DNA of 63,185 bases, the filler included, from Choristocarpus tenellus KU-1152 (Eukaryota > Protista > Phaeophyceae), in the NCBI GenBank assembly GCA_964200185.2. It is 14 parts of 14 records of this genome, joined end to end, with 100 filler letters (N's around TTAATTAATTAA, not from the genome) between each part and the next. Parts side by side here need not be neighbours in the genome. Positions count along the whole stretch, not along the records: positions 1 to 6,046 come from CAXNAD020009078.1; positions 6,147 to 9,304 come from CAXNAD020021886.1; positions 9,405 to 14,824 come from CAXNAD020010838.1; 11 more parts are not named here. One strand, given 5' to 3'. Below the pieces are notes generated by a model that worked only from the letters and a program-made list of their open reading frames with translations, had not been told where the DNA came from and searched no databases. Positions within the stretch are counted from its first letter, which is position 1. Each line of letters starts with the position of its first letter. Position numbers and translations under genes: made by a program. Below are positions 1-10,887 of the stretch, piece by piece.

Positions 1-258
1 CTGCAAATAGCAGACAGAATTGCATTACCATCTTGTCATCACTCACTCTCTCTCTCTCTCTCTCAGAGTATTGAGAGTATTGAGGGGGGGGGAGGGCAGG
101 GAGGGGTGGAGGTCATCATGGCGCAGATAGCTGAAGGAGCAGAAAGTTGTCCCAGGCAAACAACAATAAAAAGCACAGGTGACAAAGCATTATTAGCATC
201 GGACTGCTGGCTGTGGAAGAAATAAAAAAAAAAATGACATTCGTTTGTTCATTCCTGG

Positions 259-328
259 ATTATCAATTATCAATTATCAATTATCAATTATCAATTATCA
301 ATTATCAATTATCAGTTGTCAATTATCA
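259..328. repeat. (AATTATC)n heptamer tandem repeat, about 10 units
   Basis: Read directly: attatca repeated, degenerating at the 3' end. Confidence 0.9.
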
Positions 329-576
329 ACATTGTAGTGTGAAAGATATTTTCAAAACATTCAGGTGCAGGTGGGGAAAAATAAAAAAGACGTGGCCTGT
401 GTGACATGACTTCAACTCTACAAAAAAATAAAATAACTCTACTAATTAACCTCTACAAATAAAATAAAACACAATCCATTCTGTTTCACAACAAAAAAAT
501 AAATAGAATTGGAATGAATTGGAATGAGTGTAATTACCAACAGTTCTGTTTCATTCCAACATTACACAATTATTAT

Positions 577-614
<38 letters not shown>

Positions 615-638
615 ATAGTAGTAAAAGTAGTAGTAGTA
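577..638. repeat. (GTA)n microsatellite
   Basis: Read directly; explains the poly-Ser/poly-Thr ORFs at 524-790 and 551-742. Confidence 0.9.
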
Positions 639-786
639 ATGTTGTTGTTGTGCATATCCCATTCACCCAGCACGGTGTGGGCAAGATATTTGGACACATC
701 TGCCACTTCCCAATTGACTGCAACTCTCCACATCAAATACATTTAGGGGTCATTCATCAACTGAAATTTGGATCTTGGTACAAAAG

Positions 787-820
787 CTAACCCTAACACT
801 AACCCTAACCCTAACCCTAA
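787..820. repeat. Interstitial telomere-like (CCCTAA)n tract, representative of many short tracts in the window
   Basis: ctaaccctaacactaaccctaaccctaaccctaa. Similar tracts at about 993, 1214, 1931, 1986, 12804, 12904, 13853, 14112, 18995, 23524, 24738, 55753. Confidence 0.85.
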
Positions 821-1249
821 AAATGGCACCCCCTACTCTTTGGACGTTACGTACTCTCTTCCCATGTTTACCAAATAAAAAAAACACATGAACACATGCC
901 TGCAACCAAATTTCCTTACAAAATTACCCAAATTTCCTTACAAAATCCAAGAGATATTTTCAGGCGTTATTGCAATTCACCACTACCAAGAGCCCTAACC
1001 CTATCCCTAACCCTACTCCACACGTTAGAATCAATGATCAAAGGCAAAGTCAATACATTTTTATTTTATATATATATATAAATATATATATGCTCTAAAG
1101 GATACACTTAAAGATTTCCTTTGCATTCACCTATTGAAAAAAGAAAAAAATGTCAGAGTTACAATCCATACATTCTAGGAAAATTCCATACCCACACTAT
1201 TGTTTTCCAATCACCCTAACCCTAACCCTAACCCCAACCAGTGTGTTAC

Positions 1250-2491
1250 CTGCAGGTGTTCATGGGCAAAGTGAGCAACCCCTGGGTCAAACAAGTCAGT
1301 GAGAGGCATGACCATGGCCAACCTTTCCAAGCGCCGGTCATACTTGTGCATCACATTGATGTCCTCTAGCTCCTTCTCATCACACACACACACACACACA
1401 CACACCGCCGATAACCACCCCCCCCCACCAAAAAAAAAGGGTCAAGAAGTGCAACCAAATGTCAATTCAACTTGATTTAATTCAGTTGTTTTTATATTTA
1501 TTTTTATTTTTATTTATATTTCATTTCATTTCCACCTTGCTTCGGCTCTTCCATGCCATTTTCAAAAATATTTGAAGTGTACATTGAATTCCAACAACAA
1601 AAACCAAGCACCCATATACTTACTATGCATGGTGTTAGGGCATCGGGGGTTTGTAGAGATGAGGGAAGCATTTGCGGAAAAGCTTACACCGCACCAAGGT
1701 GACAGCATTGCTGTACATAGATGACAAGAGGATGAGACTCATTGGAACAGCACCCTTTAAACTAAAAAAAAAAAAAAAAAGGGGCGGGGGTTCTTTTCGT
1801 CCCCCCCCCAAAACAAAAAATAAAGGTTAGGCAGATGAAAAGAGGATGAGACTCATTGGAACAGCACCCTTTAAACAAAAAAAAAAAAAAAAAGAGGCGA
1901 GGATTCTTTTCGTGCCACACCTACAAGTCAGGGTTAGGGTTAGGGTTAGGGTTAGGTTTAGATTTTGGAGCTTTCCAAGGGCAAGCTAACCCTAACCCTA
2001 AGCAAAAAGAACATGTCTGTCACACCAATATCACTCTGTATGTGTGCGCCCTCTGTTGCCAACTCCAGTACACTCCGTGCCCAAGGAAATCCAACTCACT
2101 ATTATATGCAGGTCCCACCTTGTCTAGGTCATAACACCTTGCCCTGTTCTCCAAAAAATGTACCTCAATTGTCTGCAGGTTCAGCTACAACCATCAAACA
2201 CCCAACAATCCCTGTACATTACGTAAGCAACGCATGGGGTAGTCCCCAGGGGTCTAGATCATAAGTACCATGATCGAAATTGACTGGGAGAGGTGCTGGT
2301 GGGGGGTATAGTGTGCGGGGATAGGGTATACCCTGAAAATGGAGGAATGAACACCTTGACCTTCGTACCTGCTCCAGCTTTGCAAGCTCTATTGCACGTG
2401 GGATCCCCTCCTCCACGGCCTTGATAGGTGAGAGGCTGTCAAGCCCGGCCGCGGAACGACCCAACTTGGCAGGACTGATGGTGCTGACTCC
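1250..2491 (-). CDS. Partial spliced gene, unknown protein (3 internal exons)
   Basis: Phase-0 AG/GT-bounded exons 2491-2369, 2184-2119 and 1372-1250 join in frame: GVSTISPAKLGRSAAGLDSLSPIKAVEEGIPRAIELAKLEQ|LNLQTIEVHFLENRARCYDLDK|ELEDINVMHKYDRRLERLAMVMPLTDLFDPGVAHFAHEHLQ. No family recognised. Confidence 0.5.
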
Positions 2492-4399
2492 CTTAGAGAA
2501 GGGGTCGGGAGGGTGAGTGTAGGGGGTGGCGAATTGCCATGGTTATTGAGGTAACCAGACTTAGGATTAAAGAATTTCCTCTATCTCTTGTCCTATCTTA
2601 GAGGAGAGTGGTGGAAAGGGAGTTGGAGAGTTCTTCCTGCTATCTAGAGATCGCAGAGGATCGAACCATCCTTTAATAAAGTCAGTGTGCAGATGATCTG
2701 GTGCACTACTGCAACTTCGATGCCAACAGTTCCCGGCAGGTTCAGGGCCAGATGCTAAGACAAACGGATTCCGACACAGCATGGTGGTAGTATAAATTGA
2801 TATGGGGCTGATTTGCTCGCAGATCAATTTGTAACCTCCTGCAAGTAGGTGATCCTGGCAGTACATCAAACTCTCTGTGAGGATTGAGCAAAAACTATGA
2901 TCTTGCTGTTGTGGGAATCTTCCACGCGTGTGCAACAGGATTGACTTTCAACTTCGAGTCTAAGGCCACCCTTAGCAAATTTCACTAGAATGCACCTTCC
3001 CTTCCGAAGACTTTCTGCTAGAGTCGTTATTGAATTCGACACAACCCTAACTCCTAACCCAAGAAAAGTCTCTACGTTCAGAGTCCACAAACCTCTGACC
3101 AATACCACGGATTAAGGACTCAACTTTGACGAATAGAATAATTGCGAGGCGTTTAACAACGCGATCTTAGGTCAATTTGATTTGTGCCAGTCACCAGGCG
3201 TTCTTATATATGTATGGGCTTGGGAACGACAAAAGGCTGTGGTGGTTTCTCGAAGACAGTCAATCCGAGGAGATGTCAACATCTTGCAGTAGATATCGCG
3301 GGACACCATTCGCTAGCAGCTTAAAGTTCAACTTAAGTACCATCACAAAGGGAGGGGGCACGCTTCGCAAGGAAGATACCGTGACCCACATCGATAACGA
3401 CAATGACATTCACAGGTCAAACAAATGGTACCTCCAAAGTTGGTTGGCACCAGGTCGAGATTTTGAACCAGCGGACGTAAAGCACATTACCTTCCCCTTC
3501 ACGTTTCCTACGATCAGGATCAGGATCGAAAACCCCAAAATGCATCCCTCCATGCATTTCCTACGCCCTCCACGTCTCCATGTTGGTGCCATAGAAGAGA
3601 CAAGCAGCTATGGCGACTTCCTTGCCTTATTCCACCTCTTCCTATCCCCGATACGATATACCTAAGCCAGCAATCCGTATCAAAGATTATGTTGTCCAGA
3701 GAATGCGGTACACGGTAAAGAGGATACAATGTGTTGAGGTCCAGGTTGTTCAACACTAATACTTGAAGGGATTGATAAAGCTGCCGAGGCGTTTTCCGAT
3801 TGATGAAGAGTATAGACGAAGTTCTACTTAGACCGACCGACGTTCAAAAAGAATTTGCTTTCAAAATTAGTTGCATACTAGTATCAATTCCCGACCACTG
3901 AGTCATGTCCTACCTCGCCCTCTCACTCCATACACGTTCTTTCCATGACAAGGGATGGTCACCCCAACTGTTTGTTATTGTCTGACTCTGGTATATTAAA
4001 AGACAGAGGGTGATCATTGAATGAACGAAACAAGGTATTCGAGGTCTAGGAGTTACTGTTTTGTACAATCGTTTTTGTTTTGCCCTGACAATATATAATG
4101 GGAAAGTCCCTCGCGCTTGGGAAGCATCCATTTCTCAGACCTAGACTTGTCTGTTGTTGTGTATCGCTCCACACAACAACAAATAATATAGTTTTATAGG
4201 TAACACTGCAACACCAAAATAAATAGGAAGTATAACAAGAACAGTAGTAGGATAAGCAGAGGGAAGAGCAGTAGGAGGAACAGCATCAACACCAGTACCA
4301 GCAGTAGTATTATTGGCGGCGGTGGTGATGGTGGTTGTATGTCGAATAAATGAAAATAATATTAACAATTATGCTGCATGTATCTATTGGATGTCTGAG

Positions 4400-4700
4400 G
4401 CCCCAAAGAAAAATCACTGGGCATCTAGTGATAACCCAAGGGAGGAAATCGATCACATCTTCTCTTCATGTTGTATACTGCAGGACATGCTTCATACCTA
4501 CGGTACTCTTAACACACAGGAGTATGATGTGGAATGGATGGGTCGTGGTGGTATGCATGATGCCTACTACTGTGACCCGACTTGTAGATCACAGTAGTCT
4601 CGGCAGATCAGGAAGGAGGCTAGTTGGCTTGAGGTTTGAGCAAGTGCCAGAGTGGAGCATGGATTTGAAGAATTGAAGGATAAGCTAGTTGCACACTTTA
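4400..4700 (+). mobile_element. Degenerate PIF/Harbinger-type transposase C-terminal fragment
   Basis: EEIDHIFSSCCILQDMLHTY resembles the Harbinger 'I..I..ACCILHNM' motif. Downstream GFEELKDKLVAHF resembles the terminal 'LR..L..H' helix. Interrupted by stop codons. Confidence 0.45.
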
Positions 4701-6046
4701 ATTAATGTTTTTCGGGAGGAGGGGGGTGCCATCTCTGTAATCACAGTTCTGGAAATTCATTGGTCTGTTGTAGAATTTTATGCTTAAGCCACGCTGAAGA
4801 CATGAAGAGGGTTAGGGTATATGGTGGTTATCTTCCTTGTGTGTGTGCTATATTTTGGAGGAATTAACAGGGAGGTTAGGGTTTGGAAATTTTGTCAGCA
4901 GTGATTTCAGTCCAAACAACCATGACTTTGTGTTACGTCCTACAAGCAACATTGCTGGAGTATTGTTTCCTACAGGCTTGTAGGGGCATGTTGAGGGGTG
5001 CAGAAGGGGGGGGGGGGATGTGTAAGGTGGTCATTCGAGAGGCCTCTGGTTGGAGGTTTTGACTGCTTCATATCATACATAACGATAAGAACACTGTCAA
5101 ACAACAGAGTCTCTACACACATCCTATCTTTCGCATATGCTATGGCGGCTTCCATTGACTTCAGGAGCACTTACTACAGAAATAGTTAGAGTGACTGCCA
5201 AAGACTGCAACAGAAATCGGTGGCAAACGACAGAGCATACCCAGTCCTTCACACGAAGGAGATGAACACCAAATAGTTTAAGGCCTTCTCATAGTTGACT
5301 CAGGACGAGGTCTTCACAATGTCAACGCAAGCCAATATGTCACCTCAGGAGCCTGGACATGAAAAGGTATTCCAATTATTTTGACAAATAGAAACTGCTG
5401 GAGTGGTTGCCACCCCTTCTCCAGCACCTGGCATGGTTGCCACATTGAGGAGGTTGTTGCAATGGGTATGACTTGAGTGATTCTTGTATGTCTTCAATTG
5501 TCTTGTGTCCCTTTAAGGTGGTGTCGTCCTTTAGCCAACCAATGGCTTGGTAACTCTCCAAGTAAACCTCAGGGGGATATATGAGCATCTTGAAGGAGAG
5601 ACTGTAGAACCATCATGTCTCCATGTGACTGGTGGAGGTCCTGCCTGTCCAGGTGTGATCTCCAAGAGACGAGGGAGGTCCTCATTCAGATCAATCTGAT
5701 TTAGTCTTGATGCACCACGTTTCACACCAACAATACCATCAGATAATGGTATCAGGTGCTGAGGAATTACAACTCCATAACCTCAGAGCTCACATATTTC
5801 CAGTTGGCTAGTAGCCCTGGTGTTAGTGTTTTTTGGGGAGGTGTGGACTGGAGAGTAATTAGTAGAATATTACCTCCACACCATGTTGTCATATAATACG
5901 TCCAATACAAGGGTTTCACATACATTGAAGAGTACGAATACCGGAAAGGCCTAGAAACGTGTACCTTTGCCTGCCCAAACACATTATGCATCCTGCCCAT
6001 CAAACTGAGACTCAAAGTATCTGGGGGGAGAAGGGGGGGTCTACAC

Positions 6047-6146
6047 NNNNNNNNNNNNNNNNNNNNNNNNNNNNNNNNNNNNNNNNNNNNTTAATTAATT
6101 AANNNNNNNNNNNNNNNNNNNNNNNNNNNNNNNNNNNNNNNNNNNN
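6047..6146. other. Artificial contig linker (N44-TTAATTAATTAA-N44), first of 13
   Basis: Identical 100-nt linkers with stops in all six frames at 6047, 9305, 14825, 18297, 20899, 24392, 28832, 35388, 42385, 47680, 50808, 55962 and 60234. There is also a 10-N gap at 13514-13523. Confidence 0.98.
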
Positions 6147-6579
6147 GTAAAGTAAAAAAACGTATTTGATGGTGTGTTGGTGTGGGTGGGTGTGTAGGGA
6201 GCCGGGGGGGGGGTGTAAAGGGGGGAATATAAACACCTTAGGCGTTAGCACAATCTTTTTTCTCGAGCTTGCACCTGTTGCAACAACGAAGTTCAGCTCT
6301 CCAACCTCACGCATCAGTGGTAAGACCTCATCAAGGGAGAACACCCTAGCATCGCTGAGGTATCTACAGTCATTGAGTACCATCCACCCACACAACTCTT
6401 GAAACACTAGTGGTGCAAAGAGAACGACAGGGATTGGATCAAAACCAAAAAGAGGGAATGAGTGTCCTGAAGTCACCGCCTGCCACTACAATGAACAAAG
6501 CGGGGGGTAGGTAGGGGGGGGGGGGGAAGAACCAGTGAAAACTGCATGGGTGGACTGTGAATTCGGGATGAGCACATAC

Positions 6580-8073
6580 CTGAACAAGCAACCCAGAAGC
6601 ATGGATGCGGTCGCTCTCAAAGCCCTTGGGTAGGCCATGCTCATCAAGGAGAGATCTGTCAGGCACTCCATAGTTTCCCACCATGGGATAAGTCAGTGTC
6701 AAAAGCTAGTCGCAAGAGGCATCAGTGGGGGTGTGCAGAAAGAGTTGAGGTCAACAGCAGGTTCAATCAGCGGGAGGAGTAGGTGGGTCAAGGTTAGAGG
6801 ATTTTCATGTGGGCAGGTGAATTGCGGGGGATATAAAATTGGAAGTACTTGATCACACTCAGCGTAGTGGCTTGAAAAATTGGTGCTCGCTCATCCATGA
6901 GGGTGGCAGTGCCAGGAACAAACTTTGCATCACATCTTCTCTGCTGCTTGCCCCTTAGAGGTTCAAAATAGCATGGCAATGGTTGAAAAGTTGAAGCAGA
7001 GAATATCAGATAGCCAAACCGAGCCTAGGGCCTTACTGACGTTCATCTACAGCTGGTTCGCATGCAGGAACAAAATAAATCCTGGAGTGCTAAGCTGCAT
7101 CACACTCCGGATCGTCCGACCATCGACCATGCGCCTTTTTCACATCACAATACTCTGGGGGGTGAAGGGATGAAGGGAGTAACAACGAAGGGAGAGGTCT
7201 ACATGCATGTGATGACTACGTTTAGCAAGAACCTGGTTCCACCGTTGAGATCCCACTGAAGTCGCACCTAGTCGTGCGAAAGCATCACGTACCATTTCTA
7301 TATACCAAGGAATGCAATAGGTCTCCAGTATTAGAGAGAGTAACACCTCCTTGGTATTCCGAACATGAAATAGTTCAACCAACAGAGCAACGAATAATTC
7401 CCAAAAAAATGGCGAGAAGGCGGGATATTTTCATCAGATCTGGAACAAGACTTAAGTGCCTCGGGTGCAAACCAACAAATTCAAGTCTTTGGTCATCGCA
7501 TTACAGTAGGGTGAAAGACTGCTTGCCAGGACATTGTGTCATACCCACTAGTTGAGTTTATCTCCCTACACCGAGATTTCAATGGATTGATCGCAGAACT
7601 GATGCTACCACGTAACCTGCACCTTTCATCAGCAACCACGCAGGTAACCCAACCGGATCTAGGGACAGCCTAGTCTAGCAGTAATGCACAAGTCACTAAG
7701 GCAACGGGAAGTGTACCTTGTTTTGTGAAGCTTGCTTCAACACGTACATCCTCACCTGTCCCTTGTAGGATGGATCAGTAAGGGATTCTGAGTATCCCAC
7801 CATCCCTGTGGAGAACACGACTTCGCCGGCGATCGATTTGTCAGCTCCGAAGGAGTAGCCAGTCAGGCAGGTCCCATCTTCCAAGGTCAATGTTGCCCGT
7901 TTCGTGCTTGGCTTGGCGCTGGAGTCCGACTGTGTCGACAAGAGGCGGGATGAGGAGGCAATCGTAGTCCTTTGTGCGATGTCATATCTCATACCCGATC
8001 GACGGATAGCCTGCAACCGGCCCAGGCCCGCCCTGGAGGGCAGGATGCTCATGGGTCTCACTAGGCCGTACAT
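6580..8073 (-). CDS. CPS1: Carbamoyl-phosphate synthetase, N-terminal small-subunit-like domain, with probable mitochondrial presequence; exons 1-2 only
   Basis: Exon 1 is 8073-7756 (donor GTGAG) and exon 2 is 6705-6580 (donor GTATG), both phase 0. They give [47 protein letters not shown]|[15 protein letters not shown]...[14 protein letters not shown], the canonical CPS small-chain N-terminus. It is preceded by about 57 Arg/Ser/Leu-rich, acid-poor residues. Confidence 0.9.
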
Positions 8074-9818
8074 TGTGTTGAAGGTTACCTCAACCCTTGA
8101 TCCTGTTGTCTACTTGTTAGCAGTAGGGTATCCCTGCTCTTTAGGCACACGTCTTCGGGACGAGTGCTGAGCAATGGATAAGGCTTTGTTCGTCAAGCGA
8201 AGCTCGCCTTCACCACCTTGATACAGACCAAGGCCAAGGACAGGATGATTGTTGGCTATCGTCCTTTCATGAAACACGAATGAGAACACGTACGGATAGG
8301 TCGTATAAATACAGGATACACATGTCCATTACTTACATAATCTATTGTCCCAACCAACTACCATATTATGAGAGATACTGATTTTTTGCGTATGGTTCTT
8401 TCTGTTATGGGGAATTCGAGAAGAAAATACTAATGTAGTGAAAAAACAGAAATTCTGTATTAAATACAAGAAAATTGGAAATGACATACGCCTCTACTCC
8501 TCATATTCACCACCCTTTACAATCAGAGTGGTGGATCTCCTGACCACTGTAGGCATCCTCCCCCCTGGCACCAATCGTTGTGTCGCCTTACGTCCACCTA
8601 ACAGTACCTACTCAATTCGGAATCTTCGATTTTGTGATATTGGATCCACACATTTTTGACTGGTAATAGTGGCCTCTCACAGTTCCAACTTGTCAAACTA
8701 TATGGTACCAATCACCTCAGTTCATTTTTTTGTGAAATAGAGTAGATGTATATTAGAAGAATGTATGATAATACTAACCCCAACAACCCACTTTATTGAC
8801 TGTTTTTGTTTTGATGTTTCTGGTTTTATCTGTATTTTGTTAACCTCCTTTGGAGATGACGTATCAAATTCCACGTGGGATGTGGACCAACAACCAACCT
8901 CTACTCCTGTTTGTATTCGTTTTTAGCTAACCATGATCCTGAAGAAGAAGTGCCGCTGAGCAGTGCCCTGGCCCATTCCTTCTTGTTCCTGTTTGTTGTT
9001 TGAGTTGTTCTGTTTGTTTCTGTTGCCATTGTTTTCGAGTCACTCACTACAAAGAAAGAGTTTTTTTTTTTGTGAGCTAGTGCTTGTTCTTGCTCTATCT
9101 TTCCCACATAGCAACACCACCACCACATATTATTCACCAATACCTGCACGCACGCCACCTTTATCCAAACCCACTAAGATAGAAGTACTGGAAAACTACG
9201 AGTCATAGAATCCAACTACACAACTCAATCAATAGAAGGGTAAGCAAGTGGGAAGGCCCCTTGTTCCCCGGTCCCTCTCTCCCCGTCTGGGCTACATGAT
9301 AAGGNNNNNNNNNNNNNNNNNNNNNNNNNNNNNNNNNNNNNNNNNNNNTTAATTAATTAANNNNNNNNNNNNNNNNNNNNNNNNNNNNNNNNNNNNNNNN
9401 NNNNCCTTTCCCCCCAATCTATGAAAAAAAAATAGAGAGGGCAGGTGGTCACATGGGGTCTCAGAGGGGGCAGTGGTGTACTGAGACGGGAGAGTAGGCC
9501 TGGCCTTCGCGTACGAGACGTTCTGGATTGTTTGTCGATGGTGATGTGAGGGGCAGGGGCATGTGTGGGGATGCGGGTGGGCAGTGTTTTGCCAATGACG
9601 CCCCTATGACTGGACCTCCCATTCCAAAGCAGAGAGAAAGAACAAACTGTCCTATAGAGAACTCTAGTAGAGCTGTATTGGCAATCTATCTCCACTGGCA
9701 ATTCAGGGGTGGAACTAAGAATCCACTCACACATACAGCAATAACAATAATGAGAAAAACGGTAAACAAAAACAGTACTGCTCAAGTAACCCTCACCCAC
9801 AGGCACAGATCAACTCAC

Positions 9819-10667
9819 CGAACAAGGTCAACGATCACCGCCTGAGCAACTGGAAAAAGGACGCTGCTTCCACTGGTACCCAACTGGCATATAACCACAA
9901 GATATATAGAATATGGATGCACCGCGAGGATCAGAGTAGCCGCAATGTGCAACACCAAAGCGAAGATCATGACAACCCGTCGTCCAATGGCATCGCTCGA
10001 CGCGCTCAGACTGGGCACAATGATGAGCTGCAGCGCGCTTAACGCCCCCGTCAGCCACTGAATGAGGGAGAAGGGGAGGAGGTGAAGGTGTTCGACGGGG
10101 TGCGCAATGTTAGAGACACAGGAATGGAAGGCCCGTGCAGGAAAACTTACGGCAAATACTAAGAACGACAGGTAGGGGTTAATACACAAAAATGGCCATA
10201 ATAACAGCTGGACATTGATGATACCCTGTCTAAGTTTGCTGGGTTCCTACATCTCTAAACCTCGGTTAGATATCTAAATATCGGTTCGATCTCCGTAGTT
10301 TTTTGCTTGGATGTTGACATCAACTCATCGACAGGACGACCTGATGTGATGACGTCTCACCCCATTGAAGGTCGACGCTTGCCCATCATCTCCGGCATAG
10401 AAATCCAAGATGACCTGGATATCAGAGGTGGGATATGAGGAAGACAGGTTTGTGCTTAGTGGGAACGCTAAACCATACCTTCTAACTTGGATTGTCTCTT
10501 AGAGCACAGTTACTATCCCTCTCAACAAGTGTCACCTTGGGAAAGATCTGTCCAATAATTGTTGCACCTGTCATGTGGAGAAACAAAACAAAGGCCAAAG
10601 TCCTAGTTACTCTCTGGGCCAGGTCCACTTGTGGGCACGTTTGACCATTATCCCCTACGCCCGTCAT
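9819..10667 (-). CDS. Major facilitator superfamily transporter (DHA1/TetA/MFSD14-like), first 3 exons
   Basis: Exons 10667-10536, 10414-10361 and 10057-9819 are GT-AG bounded and in frame. They encode hydrophobic helices, MFS motif A (LSASSDAIGRRVV) and 'VAQAVIVDL' after TM4. Confidence 0.8.
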
Positions 10668-10887
10668 TTTGTTAGCCTCTGGGTTAACCTTTTAGACGTA
10701 GTTGATGAACAAGACGGTTGAACCAGTTGCCATAACTTCTACCAAACAAGAACGCCATCCAATACATTCCGAGTAGAATATATCATAGGGAGGGGATGCG
10801 ACATTGAATGCCCCGAAAAACTGTTTGGGGTGAGCAAGTGGTATAGGTAGTCAGCAGTGGGGCTCAAGGCCTCTCTCTCTTTTAGTC
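10668..10887. promoter_or_regulatory. Probable bidirectional promoter between the MFS and ArfGAP genes
   Basis: Only 220 nt separate the two divergent ATGs (10667 on -, 10888 on +) within one contig. Confidence 0.5.

Noticed and set aside
1717-1920. ~115-bp direct duplication
   Set aside because: The copies are near-identical up to a poly-A run, and one then degrades into homopolymers; typical of sequencing or assembly error.
2567-3900. Overlapping 80-160 aa ORFs on both strands
   Set aside because: No recognisable motif or consistent splice pattern; possibly old TE debris but unsupported.
4970-6015. Protein-like fragments on the - strand as further CPS exons
   Set aside because: They lie on a different contig from CPS, lack CPS motifs and are interrupted by stops.
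6091-6102. Recurrent TTAATTAATTAA palindrome as a biological repeat or CRISPR-like spacer system
   Set aside because: It is always centred in 44+44 Ns; this is a standard six-frame-stop concatenation linker.
10260-10300. GGTTCGA T-loop-like motif suggesting a tRNA or SINE
   Set aside because: No cloverleaf or A-box can be built around it.
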